From an uncultured Rhodospirillaceae bacterium (lineage in GTDB: Bacteria; Pseudomonadota; Alphaproteobacteria; UBA9219), in the NCBI GenBank assembly GCA_964390005.1, contig CAYMGM010000001.1, positions 129,839 to 193,838 of the forward strand: a stretch of 64,000 nt of DNA. Direction: 5' to 3'. The notes below the pieces were generated by a model. It saw only the letters and a program-made list of their open reading frames with translations, was not told where the DNA came from and did no database searches. This document shows positions 1 through 9,082 of the stretch, piece by piece; the first letter of the stretch is position 1, and each line of letters opens with the position of its first letter. A program made the translations under genes and the position numbers.

Positions 1-31
1 TGATTCCGTCGCCGGGCGCAATCACGCGCAA

Positions 32-976
32 GTGGGGTTGGATCCGGCCAAATTGGCCGCCGAGAATAAAACGCCACTGTCGATTGCGCTGACAAAAATC
101 AACCCGGACGGAACGCCTGAGCGCGTGATGATGGACAAGTTTTCATCGCCTCAGGAAATGCATGACCGCGGAATCGATGCCTGTCGTATTATGGGAATTG
201 CAGATAATGCGACGACCCAAGGCGCGAAATTCTATGATGCGAAAATGGGTTATGCCATTCCCATTGATGGGGCGGGCAAGGCCGATACATATGTCGTTAT
301 GGGCCCCGCGCCGGAAGATAAAGGAGTCTCGCAAACATCTGTCGGCAAAATAACCGGCAAACTGATCGATAATTTTTCATGGGTGATGACCGAAGACCGC
401 GGTCAGGCGAACAAAATCATGGAATGGGGCGAAAAAACATCGGCGCAGAATGAAGCCCTTTACAACAAACTTCAGCAAGAAGGTAAAATCGTTTATTTCG
501 GCGCACCTGCAGGGGCCAAGGGGTTGGCGTCGACAGAAATGAGTTCAGAGAAAATCAACGCGCAGATGAAGGCGACCTATGAGAATATCGTTGAAAAATA
601 TGGTATTCCCGCGCTTCAAAATATGGGGTTGGCAAAAGACAACCTCGGCGCGCGGCCTCATCCTCCTGCCGCGTGGGATGCGCCTGCGAAATACGGCCAA
701 GACCAGTGGTATGACAAGGTTATGAAGGGTGGCACGCCAGAAGAAAAGGCGCTGCTCGATCGCTATGGTTTGTCCAAGGACAAGGGGAACCCTGCGGCGG
801 AGACGTCGCAAACCACTCCGCCAGGCGACGCTCAACGGCGACACGGTTATAACCAGATGAGGTTGGAAGCCGCGCATAAGGCTCCGGCGGAAGCGCCTTC
901 CGAAGGTGAAAGCCAGAAAAAAGTGGCCGAAAACGCAGCCAAACCGCGCCCCTTTGTCGCTCAGATGGGGCTGTAG
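32..976 (+). CDS. hypothetical protein, possibly 5'-truncated at the window edge
   Basis: 314-aa ORF with a GTG start at 32. The frame stays open back to position 2, so the true start may lie upstream of the window. No recognisable motifs. Confidence 0.45.
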   Translation: MGLDPAKLAAENKTPLSIALTKINPDGTPERVMMDKFSSPQEMHDRGIDACRIMGIADNATTQGAKFYDAKMGYAIPIDGAGKADTYVVMGPAPEDKGVSQTSVGKITGKLIDNFSWVMTEDRGQANKIMEWGEKTSAQNEALYNKLQQEGKIVYFGAPAGAKGLASTEMSSEKINAQMKATYENIVEKYGIPALQNMGLAKDNLGARPHPPAAWDAPAKYGQDQWYDKVMKGGTPEEKALLDRYGLSKDKGNPAAETSQTTPPGDAQRRHGYNQMRLEAAHKAPAEAPSEGESQKKVAENAAKPRPFVAQMGL

Positions 977-1085
977 AGTCCATTAACCATGAGTTTTCCT
1001 TGATGCTTTCAACAAGCATCGTCTAGAAAGAAGATCGGTCATTAAGGAAAAAAATAGTGGCGGCCGATTTATTTAAGGAAAACAT

Positions 1086-2252
1086 ATGTCTCAGCTCCCT
1101 TTATCGGAAGGCGCTTTGTCCGATGTCGCCGACATGGCGGAATTGCTTGCCGAAACGGTTCAGACTGTCGCCAAAGAATGTGGTCGCCCCCCTGATGAAG
1201 TTTTGCCTGCCATTTTAAACGAGCTGGAACGGCAAACCCGTCTGATCGTCTCGCCACCTGTTGTCGTGAGCGCGCCCGAAGCCCCTGCAAAAACGGTGCG
1301 CCCGCCCGCAGCAAAATCTGCGCCGAAACCGGTTACCCCGCAAGTTGTCGTTAAAGAAGAGGTTGTCGGTAAGAAACCGGTTTTAGAGGCCGCGAGCAAT
1401 CAAGAAAACCTGACAGAAGAAAACAGGCCCGAGATCGAAGCGCATGTCCGGCAAGCTTTTCAAGACGTGCGTCGGGCCAATCCATCCATGAATAATCGAG
1501 AATTGGCTCAAGTTTTTGGAACGAATGCGCAGATTATCGCCGGTATTTATATGACCAACGCGGCGCTGCCGCGAAGCTTAGGCGCGCGCGACGGCGGGGG
1601 GATTGCGCCTTTGTTCCGAAAGAACTTCCCGGCTGTTTATGCGCTTCATGCCGAAGCGCTGAAGGCTTTTGATTATTTGAATGCGCAAGCTTCGCAGGAA
1701 AAAGGTGCTGCGCAGAAAGTCCGTGTGACCGTTTTGGCGCCTGCCACGCGTAGCCAAGTTCAAAGGTCAGCGACTGCTTGGCGTCAAACCGTTGAATCTA
1801 TCGAGCAAGGCGGCCTTACGTTGTCTCATACACTTGATGTAGCGCGGCAAGCTGGGACAACGACGGCGGCGCGTAAGCCAGCACTTTCTCAATCCACGGA
1901 TAAAAAGGCTATGCCTTCGGCGCAGGCACCGCTGCCGCGTCCCAAGCGCCCCACGACGCCGCTTGAGGCTTTGCGGCAAGAGATGTCCGTTTTTGTCGCC
2001 GAGATCATACACAACAACGTTTTGCCTGACTTGCCCATGGGGGAAGGTGGAGCCGGAACGTTGCTTGAGGCCATCCGAAAAGGCGATCCATCCGTTTCGC
2101 TTGAAAATTGCTATCAGGTTTATCGGACGCTTTGCGATGCTTGCGGGTTGCAGCCCGATCGGAAAAGAACGGCCTTGGATATGCGTGCCTATATGATCCG
2201 CCGCACGTTTACCGACGTCGGTCGCGCTGAAGGCATCGTTTTGGGATCGTAA
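1086..2252 (+). CDS. hypothetical protein with a central Pro/Ala/Lys-rich low-complexity linker
   Basis: 388-aa ORF. A GGAAAACAT-like RBS sits upstream. A PPVVVSAPEAPAKTVRPPAAKSAPKPVTP segment separates two globular parts. No known family recognised. Confidence 0.45.
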   Translation: MSQLPLSEGALSDVADMAELLAETVQTVAKECGRPPDEVLPAILNELERQTRLIVSPPVVVSAPEAPAKTVRPPAAKSAPKPVTPQVVVKEEVVGKKPVLEAASNQENLTEENRPEIEAHVRQAFQDVRRANPSMNNRELAQVFGTNAQIIAGIYMTNAALPRSLGARDGGGIAPLFRKNFPAVYALHAEALKAFDYLNAQASQEKGAAQKVRVTVLAPATRSQVQRSATAWRQTVESIEQGGLTLSHTLDVARQAGTTTAARKPALSQSTDKKAMPSAQAPLPRPKRPTTPLEALRQEMSVFVAEIIHNNVLPDLPMGEGGAGTLLEAIRKGDPSVSLENCYQVYRTLCDACGLQPDRKRTALDMRAYMIRRTFTDVGRAEGIVLGS

Positions 2253-2255
2253 AAG

Positions 2256-2978
2256 CTATCTTTTCGCTTCAAGAGCGGCACATAGCGCGGCAAAAGTCTC
2301 GGAGACAGGGCTTGCCGCGCGGTGAGACAGATAAAAACCGCCCGTTTTGTGAAGCCAAGCCGTGACCGTTTGCGCCGGTTCTTCATCTGGCAAAAGCAAA
2401 TGCAAAAAAACAAGCTGCGGCTGAAAGGTTGTAAACAAGCGAATGCGCGCTTGCCAGGTTTCCAAATCTTTTTCACGAAAACGACTGCACAAAACCAATT
2501 GAGCGCGGCGCGGGACAGGCGATAGCGGCGGTAAGGTATCGCTTGAAACGCAAGGCGGCAGAAGCGGGGCGGCAAAAGCGCCAAACCCGCCCGCGCCAAT
2601 CATGGTGCTGGGCAGGGCGCTGTCCAGCCACATCAAACGGTCGCCGTCTTCCAGCTTTAAGCGGCCCAGGGCAAGCATCAAGGCATAGGCCTCATCCAAA
2701 AGCGCGCGCTGATCAAACAAATCGGGCGACCGCTCCAGCCAAAGGCAAAGGGTTTGGACGGCTTCGGTTTCTCTTTCGCGGACGATCAATTTGTCCGTTC
2801 GCGCCGATTGCCGCCAATCGATCAAGGTTGCCGCTTCGCCATCTTGATAGGGGCGAAAATGCCAATACCCATCATGGGGCGCAGGCGGGCGATGCGCGCG
2901 CACCGTTTGCCGAAAAATATGCGTTAGCCTTTCGGCTTCAAGCATCAAAGGATGGGTTGCGTGGGCGTCGCCTTGCAT
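2256..2978 (-). CDS. DUF58-family protein, the usual downstream partner of a MoxR ATPase
   Basis: 240 aa, lying 6 bp downstream of the MoxR-like gene on the same strand. Its size and operon position match the MoxR-DUF58 pairing. Sequence similarity is only judged by eye. Confidence 0.55.
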   Translation of the reverse strand: MQGDAHATHPLMLEAERLTHIFRQTVRAHRPPAPHDGYWHFRPYQDGEAATLIDWRQSARTDKLIVRERETEAVQTLCLWLERSPDLFDQRALLDEAYALMLALGRLKLEDGDRLMWLDSALPSTMIGAGGFGAFAAPLLPPCVSSDTLPPLSPVPRRAQLVLCSRFREKDLETWQARIRLFTTFQPQLVFLHLLLPDEEPAQTVTAWLHKTGGFYLSHRAASPVSETFAALCAALEAKR

Positions 2979-2984
2979 GTTTTC

Positions 2985-3956
2985 TTAGGCCGGGATTGTT
3001 TGTATCAGTGCATTCAAGACGTCTTTCATGGCCACGCCGTCGGCGCGAGCGCGGAAGTTTAAAGACATACGATGTTGCAGAACAGGGCGGATCAAAGCGC
3101 GCAGATCGTCAAAGGTGGGCGCAAGGCGTCCATCTAAAAGCGCGCGGGCGCGAATGCACAAAGCCAGGGCTTGCGACGCGCGCGGGCCGGGGCCCCATGC
3201 GACATAATCTTTGACGATGGGCAGGCTTGAGCCGTGCGGGCGGCCTTCGCGGACAAGCGTCAGAATGGCTTCGATGATTTTGTCGGCCACAGGCATTTGG
3301 CGAACCAAGGCCTGACAGTCTTTCAGATCTTGCGCATACAAAATGGTGCGCGGCGCAGTGTCGGCGGTCTGCATGACTGTCGTTTGCAGCATCATCTTTT
3401 CGGCTTCGCGCGACGGATAATCCATATCAATCTGAAGAAGAAAACGATCCAATTGAGCCTCGGGCAACGGATAGATGCCTTCTTGTTCCAACGGGTTTTG
3501 TGTTGCCAAGACATGGAACGGGCTGGGAAGCGCATGCTCACGCCCCGCGACGGTCACGCGGCGTTCTTGCATCGCTTGCAACAGCGCGGCTTGCGTGCGG
3601 GGGCTGGTACGGTTGATTTCATCGACCATCAGGAATTGGCTAAAAACAGGCCCCTGCACAAAACGAAACGCACGTTTGCCGTAATCGCCTTCTTCCAAAA
3701 CTTCAGCGCCGATCACATCCGATGGCATCAAATCGGGCGTGCATTGAATCCGGCGGCTTTCAAGCCCCAGAACTTTGGCCAGCGCCATAACAAGGCGCGT
3801 TTTGGCGACGCCAGGCAAACCAATCAGCAAGATATGCCCGCCCGAGACCAAGGCCGTCAGGGTATCTAAAATAGCTTGGTCTTGACCAAAGATCACACTT
3901 GCCGCTTCTTTGCGCGCATCGTTCAATTTGATGATGGCGATATCCAGCGCTTTCAT
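2985..3956 (-). CDS. MoxR-like AAA+ ATPase
   Basis: Walker A motif LLIGLPGVAKT, a Walker B region FLMVDEINRTSP, and the RVTVAG...FHVLATQNP sensor region typical of the MoxR/RavA family. The ORF track starts at 4085, but the conserved N-terminus begins at MKALDIAII (about 3956). Confidence 0.85.
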   Translation of the reverse strand: MKALDIAIIKLNDARKEAASVIFGQDQAILDTLTALVSGGHILLIGLPGVAKTRLVMALAKVLGLESRRIQCTPDLMPSDVIGAEVLEEGDYGKRAFRFVQGPVFSQFLMVDEINRTSPRTQAALLQAMQERRVTVAGREHALPSPFHVLATQNPLEQEGIYPLPEAQLDRFLLQIDMDYPSREAEKMMLQTTVMQTADTAPRTILYAQDLKDCQALVRQMPVADKIIEAILTLVREGRPHGSSLPIVKDYVAWGPGPRASQALALCIRARALLDGRLAPTFDDLRALIRPVLQHRMSLNFRARADGVAMKDVLNALIQTIPA

Positions 3957-4118
3957 CGTTTCGGCGCTTAACGGCTCGGTCGGGGAAAAATCAGACACGG
4001 AAAGACCCACCTTTGGCAAAAGAAACAACACAGAAAAACGTAGCAAACAGGTGTTAAGAAATAGCAACGAAAGCCTTTTTTTCAAGATTTACCCCTAAAA
4101 AATGATTAAGATGCATCC

Positions 4119-5345
4119 ATGACAAAGCTTAAGGATTGGCCTTTCTTACACGACCCCGATTTGGCGCAGATTTGGGACGCTGTTGAGGCGCAGCAAACAG
4201 GTGTTTTGCGCGTCGTGGGCGGCATTGTGCGCGATACGCTGCTGGGGCGGCGTTTGGGCGATTGTGATCTCGCCGTGGCTTTACCGCCGGATCAAGTCCG
4301 GGCGCTTTTGCAGGCTAAAGGGATCAAAGCCGTTCCGACAGGGCTGGCGCATGGAACGGTGACGGCTGTGTGTGGTGGGCGCGGGTTTGAAATCACCAGC
4401 TTGCGTTGCGATGTCGCCACCGATGGTCGCCACGCGCAGGTCGCCTTTACGGACGATTGGGCCGAAGATGCGGCGCGTCGCGATTTTACGATCAATGCCT
4501 TGTATGTTGATCGGGCAGGGAAGCTTTACGATTTTGTTGGCGGACAGGCCGATCTTGCCGCGCGGCGCTTACGTTTTATTGGCGTGGCACTGGCGCGCTT
4601 GACCGAAGATTATTTGCGTCTTTTGCGCTATTTTCGCTTTGCGGCCGAGCTGGACTGGCCCGCCGATGATCTCGAAGCGCTGGCGGCTTGCGCGGCAGCG
4701 CGCACGCATCTTTCCAGCCTGTCGGTTGAGCGCATTTGGCACGAGGTGAAGCGCTTATTGGGGGCAGATGCTCCCTTGGGCGTTCTGACAAAGATGGAGC
4801 AAACCGGGGTTTTAGGTACGCTTTTACCTGAAAATACAGGGGTTGAGACCCTTGCGCGCCTTTTATCGTTCGCGGCGTCGGCTCCGGCTGAAACAGATGC
4901 CTTACCGCTTGTTTTGCTGCGGCTTTTATCTCTCTTGCCGCCAGATAAAGAAGCGATCGCGGTGCTGGCGAAGCGGTGGCATTTGTCAACGCGCGAGAAA
5001 AAAACGGCTTTGGTTCTTTTCGAGGTTGCCCATCGGTTTGATCGTGCCCTTGCGCCGCGCGCAGCCCTTTATGCGGCGCGCGCGCATCCTGTGGGGGGGC
5101 TGTTATTGGCCGCCGCGCAGGGAAAAATCGCGGACCTTGCCCCTTATTGGGCCGCCTTGCAGAAAGGGCCGCTTCCCGTTTTTCCTTTGAAAGGCAAGGA
5201 TCTTCTGGCTTTAGGCATGCCGCAAGGCGCTCAGATTGCGGTGTTTTTGGCGCGTTTGGAGAGCTGGTGGATCGAGAACGACTTTAGACCCGATTTGACG
5301 GCTTGCCGTGAAAAAGCAAAAGCGTGGCTTGACGCTTCTGCTTAG
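4119..5345 (+). CDS. cca: CCA-adding tRNA nucleotidyltransferase / poly(A) polymerase family
   Basis: GGIVRDTLLGR...DCDLAV nucleotidyltransferase head motif, an RRDFTINALY motif, and the ~400-aa length typical of alphaproteobacterial CCA enzymes. Confidence 0.8.
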   Translation: MTKLKDWPFLHDPDLAQIWDAVEAQQTGVLRVVGGIVRDTLLGRRLGDCDLAVALPPDQVRALLQAKGIKAVPTGLAHGTVTAVCGGRGFEITSLRCDVATDGRHAQVAFTDDWAEDAARRDFTINALYVDRAGKLYDFVGGQADLAARRLRFIGVALARLTEDYLRLLRYFRFAAELDWPADDLEALAACAAARTHLSSLSVERIWHEVKRLLGADAPLGVLTKMEQTGVLGTLLPENTGVETLARLLSFAASAPAETDALPLVLLRLLSLLPPDKEAIAVLAKRWHLSTREKKTALVLFEVAHRFDRALAPRAALYAARAHPVGGLLLAAAQGKIADLAPYWAALQKGPLPVFPLKGKDLLALGMPQGAQIAVFLARLESWWIENDFRPDLTACREKAKAWLDASA

Positions 5346-5563
5346 TGGACGCTTGTCGGCTCCATTTCGTTTTGACGGACGGTTGCAAAGGCTGTGTCAC
5401 GCTCGGGAACCATCGCCAGCGGCGTGCCGTCGGCTGCGTAAATCGCATGAACACGCTGTCCCGCGATCTGGATCACTTTGATATAGGCCGTATCGTCAAG
5501 ACCCAACCGAAAAAACTCTTCTTTGCTCGGCGGGCGTGTCATACCTGTTAGCATTCCAACCAC
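5342..5563 (-). CDS. small hypothetical protein (73 aa)
   Basis: ORF only. It overlaps the cca stop by 4 bp on the opposite strand. No motifs. Confidence 0.25.
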   Translation of the reverse strand: MVGMLTGMTRPPSKEEFFRLGLDDTAYIKVIQIAGQRVHAIYAADGTPLAMVPERDTAFATVRQNEMEPTSVH

Positions 5564-5882
5564 CCCTTTCGTTACCCTGCTTTTTCATCGAAAAAGCGAA
5601 ACAAATAGCCGCATACTTACGAGAATAGCGAAAAGCCCATAAGAAATCCTTAATTACGAACCCGGATTGATGCTGTTTCTTAAAAAAGGCCTCTTTCTTA
5701 AAGATGGGAAGGCATGGGCGTTTTGACAAGAGGGCTTGCGGTTGATTGCGAATCAATTGAATCTTGCTAAGATGCAAACCTAACGTGATAGAAAAAGTGC
5801 GTTCATGCCTTTTGTCTTGATCGCTTGGACTGTTTCTTTTCCGGCCTTTCTCTTGGCCCCCTAACCAACGGATATCTTAACC

Positions 5883-6218
5883 ATGGCCCAGAAAATCCTT
5901 TATTGGAGCTCGATCGTTTTAGCCGGTCTGGCTCTGGTTTTGTTTTTGGCGAATGCGACGCTGATTTCGCGTAACCAAAAGATGCAAGCTGAAGTGGCTT
6001 CGCGCCAGTCGACGATGGAATTGTTTACGGTCTTGAGCCCGCTGAACCAAAATCTGGCACAGATTATGGCCCAGTCTGCCGTGAAAAATCACGACGAAGC
6101 GATGCGCGAATTGCTCGCCTCGCAGGGCATCACAATCAACAATAATGAAGCGGCAAAAGAAGCGCCGAAGGCGCCTGCCGCGCCTGCCGCCGATGCCGCG
6201 AAAACCGACAAGAAATAA
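5883..6218 (+). CDS. hypothetical membrane-anchored protein
   Basis: 111 aa. An N-terminal TM helix (ILYWSSIVLAGLALVLFLANATLI) is followed by a coiled, Ala-rich tail. It is followed 12 bp later by a second small membrane ORF. Confidence 0.4.
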   Translation: MAQKILYWSSIVLAGLALVLFLANATLISRNQKMQAEVASRQSTMELFTVLSPLNQNLAQIMAQSAVKNHDEAMRELLASQGITINNNEAAKEAPKAPAAPAADAAKTDKK

Positions 6219-6230
6219 GGGAGAGTTTCG

Positions 6231-6677
6231 ATGAGCCAAGATAAATGCACCAGCGGCGATATGCCCTGCCTGTTGCTTCCGATTTTTCTCGTCTCGCTGA
6301 CGATGGCGGGCTTTTTCGGTTTTCAGTCGTATCAGGTGTTAAAAGAAAAGACATCGCTTGAGCTGGCCTATCATCAGCAAGAAGAGCCGTTGAAAGCCGT
6401 CGATAATATGTCCAAGCAAATGGGGGGCCTGATCACCGGGATGAAAAAGCTAATGGATCAAGGCAATCCTCACGCCAAGGAAATCATGGAAAAGCTGGTC
6501 GCCGAGACTCAAATGTCGGCGCGTAGCGGTAACCGTGGCGCGATGTTCCTGCTTGATCGGATGATCTCGGGCGGTATTTTGCGCGTCGAAAAGCCGGGCG
6601 AGGCAGGTAATGCTGCCGAAAAAGCCCCTGTTCCGGCAGCGTCTGAGCCCGCCACGCGCGGGCCCGTGAAGCCATAA
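6231..6677 (+). CDS. hypothetical membrane-anchored protein
   Basis: 148 aa with one N-terminal TM helix. It forms a two-gene operon with 5883-6218 and is followed by a strong intrinsic terminator. Confidence 0.4.
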   Translation: MSQDKCTSGDMPCLLLPIFLVSLTMAGFFGFQSYQVLKEKTSLELAYHQQEEPLKAVDNMSKQMGGLITGMKKLMDQGNPHAKEIMEKLVAETQMSARSGNRGAMFLLDRMISGGILRVEKPGEAGNAAEKAPVPAASEPATRGPVKP

Positions 6678-6698
6678 GCGGCGCATGCATTCTCAGAT

Positions 6699-6729
6699 AA
6701 AGGGGGCCTTTACGGCCCCCTTTGTTTTA
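6699..6729 (+). terminator. rho-independent terminator
   Basis: Hairpin AGGGGGCC-TTTA-CGGCCCCCT followed by TTTGTTTT. Confidence 0.7.
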
Positions 6730-7027
6730 GAAAAAACGATGCCGGAAATATGAAAGGGAATACGTGCTTGAAGCCCTTTAAAAGGCATGATAGGCTTTGC
6801 CCATGATGCAGCGCCTCTCTCATGCAGCTTTTCAGGCTGCCAACGCACAGGAAGTCGGTCTTCGCCGGTCTTTCGGCGTTTTCGATGCGCGTTATGCTTT
6901 CTTTTATTGGTTCCGGTAAAACCGGATCAACGCAGCCTTTTCCCCCTTACAATTTGTTTTCCTTCTTTGCCCTTGATGGCAAGGCAGGCGTTTATCAAAC
7001 GTTGCAAGACAATCAGGAAGAAATCAA

Positions 7028-8446
7028 ATGACACTGGATCCGATGCCCCCCTTAGAGATGGAAGATTACAAGCCTGAATCTGAATGGACGCCTGCAAGTT
7101 GGCGCGGCAAAAAGGCTGGGCAACAACCGGCCTATGACGATCCTGCGGCGTTGCGCGATGCCGAAGTCCGTCTTGGCAAATTGCCGCCGCTTGTTTTTGC
7201 AGGGGAAGCACGCAAGCTGAAAAAGAATTTGGCGCGCGTGGCGGCTGGCAACGCTTTCCTGTTTATGGGGGGCGATTGCGCTGAAAGCTTTTCCGAGTTC
7301 AGCGCCAACAACATTCGCGACACGTTCCGCGTTATTTTGCAAATGTCGATCGTATTGATTTTCGGCGGCGCGACCCCGGTTATCAAAGTGGGACGCATGG
7401 CGGGCCAATTTGGCAAGCCGCGCAGCGACGACAACGAAACGCGCGATGGCGTCAGCTTGCCCAGTTATCGCGGCGACATCATCAACGATCTGGCCTTTAC
7501 GCCTGAAGCGCGGCGACCCGATCCCGAGCGTATGATTGCCGCCTATAACCAAGCGGCGGCGACGTTGAACTTGCTGCGCGCTTTTGCGCAAGGCGGCTAC
7601 GCCGATTTGCATGAGGTGCATCGTTGGAATCTGGGCTTTGTCGAGCGCAGTTTACAAGGTGCCCGTTACCGCGATATCGCGCGCCGTATCGACGAAGCGT
7701 TAGAATTCATGTCGGCTTGCGGCGTGACAAGCGAGACGACAAAGTTTATGCGCGAGACCGAGTTTTACACCGCGCATGAAGGCTTGTTGCTGCCTTACGA
7801 AGAAGCGCTAACGCGCATCGACAGCACGACGGGCGATTGGTACGACGTGTCGGCGCACATGCTGTGGGTCGGTGATCGCACGCGCGCACCCGATGGCGCG
7901 CATGTCGAGTTTTTGCGCGGCGTTAAAAATCCGATTGGTCTGAAATGTGGCCCGACGTTGCCGCCGGATGATCTCATCCGCTTGATCGATCTTTTGAACC
8001 CGCAGAACGAGCCGGGACGTCTGACATTAATCGCGCGTATGGGGGTGGACAAGGTCGGCGATTACCTGGCGCCGCTTTTGCGTAAAGTGAAGGAAGAAGG
8101 GCGGCAAGTCGTTTGGTGTTCGGACCCCATGCATGGCAATGTCGAAAAGACAAGCGTTGGGTATAAGACTCGCGATTTCGACAGAATCCTGTCCGAAGCC
8201 CGCAGCTTTTTCGAGATCTGCACAGCCGAAAACGTCTGGCCAGGCGGCATCCATCTGGAAATGACCGGTTGCGATGTGACGGAATGTGTCGGCGGCGCGG
8301 CTCAATTGACCGAAGCCGATCTTTCAAGCCGCTATCTGACGCATTGCGATCCGCGCTTGAATGCCTCTCAAGCCCTTGAAATGGCGTTTCTTGTTGCCGA
8401 TCACTTGAAAACGTTACGCGCCTGTAAACCGGCGCTTGACGACTAA
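7028..8446 (+). CDS. 3-deoxy-7-phosphoheptulonate (DAHP) synthase, class II
   Basis: 472 aa. It has the N-terminal [27 protein letters not shown] signature of class II (plant-like) DAHP synthases, a GGDCAESF metal-binding motif, and the typical length. Confidence 0.85.
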   Translation: MTLDPMPPLEMEDYKPESEWTPASWRGKKAGQQPAYDDPAALRDAEVRLGKLPPLVFAGEARKLKKNLARVAAGNAFLFMGGDCAESFSEFSANNIRDTFRVILQMSIVLIFGGATPVIKVGRMAGQFGKPRSDDNETRDGVSLPSYRGDIINDLAFTPEARRPDPERMIAAYNQAAATLNLLRAFAQGGYADLHEVHRWNLGFVERSLQGARYRDIARRIDEALEFMSACGVTSETTKFMRETEFYTAHEGLLLPYEEALTRIDSTTGDWYDVSAHMLWVGDRTRAPDGAHVEFLRGVKNPIGLKCGPTLPPDDLIRLIDLLNPQNEPGRLTLIARMGVDKVGDYLAPLLRKVKEEGRQVVWCSDPMHGNVEKTSVGYKTRDFDRILSEARSFFEICTAENVWPGGIHLEMTGCDVTECVGGAAQLTEADLSSRYLTHCDPRLNASQALEMAFLVADHLKTLRACKPALDD

Positions 8447-8455
8447 AAAGAACAA

Positions 8456-8512
8456 AAGACGCGTCGCTTGAAGGGCTTGGGGCCCAAAAGGCGACGCGTC
8501 TTCTCCTCGTTT
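8456..8512 (+). terminator. rho-independent terminator after the DAHP synthase gene
   Basis: Long perfect hairpin AAGACGCGTCGC...GCGACGCGTCTT followed by a CTCCTCGTTT run. Confidence 0.6.
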
Positions 8513-8636
8513 GACTATATCTCCTTGGCGTTAACGGTAAATACGTTTATGCTCGCTGAAAGCAGCGTCAGGCGGTGGGTTTTGGCCCTCGCATGGCCCC
8601 CATTTTATCCCTCGATTTAGACAAGGAGGCTTTCCT

Positions 8637-9029
8637 ATGAAGCGACAAATTTATCTTGCCGCGGCGTTTTTCGCGCTGATGACGGCTCCGGCTCTGGCAG
8701 GAACCGCGACCTATACGGACGGGACCGGCGCGTGGCGCTCGACCGGGTGCAAACCGCCCAGCCCACCGGCCGCTTATTCTTATGACCCTGAAGTTGCCGC
8801 TGAAAATTTGAACAGTACGATGCAACGGAACAATGCCTATGTCGATGCCGTGCACGACTATATGGACTGCGTCAGCAAAGAAGCGCAAAAAGATGCCGAA
8901 TCTGCGTCAAAGATGATTATCGATGCGGCCCAAGCCGATATCGTAGCCATTCAAAAACAGGCCGAAGCCGTGCAAACGCGTCTGCCTGCTGGGCCCCAGC
9001 CCGAAGCCACGAAAAAGCATAAGCGCTAA
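8637..9029 (+). CDS. secreted hypothetical protein
   Basis: 130 aa. Signal peptide MKRQIYLAAAFFALMTAPALAGTA. A GGAGG RBS lies upstream. Confidence 0.45.
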   Translation: MKRQIYLAAAFFALMTAPALAGTATYTDGTGAWRSTGCKPPSPPAAYSYDPEVAAENLNSTMQRNNAYVDAVHDYMDCVSKEAQKDAESASKMIIDAAQADIVAIQKQAEAVQTRLPAGPQPEATKKHKR

Positions 9030-9082
9030 GCGGCGTTTGTGATGACGACTGTCTTATAGGTTGATGCAAAAAGGGGGAAGCT

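Noticed and set aside
2543-3214. 223-aa plus-strand ORF and 3234-3869 (211 aa)
   Set aside because: They are antisense to the DUF58 and MoxR genes. Arg-rich low-complexity translation.
3957-4085. N-terminal 43-aa extension of the MoxR ORF in the ORF track (start at 4085)
   Set aside because: The extension is hydrophobic, low-complexity and not part of the conserved MoxR N-terminus. The internal start at MKALDIAII fits the family length.
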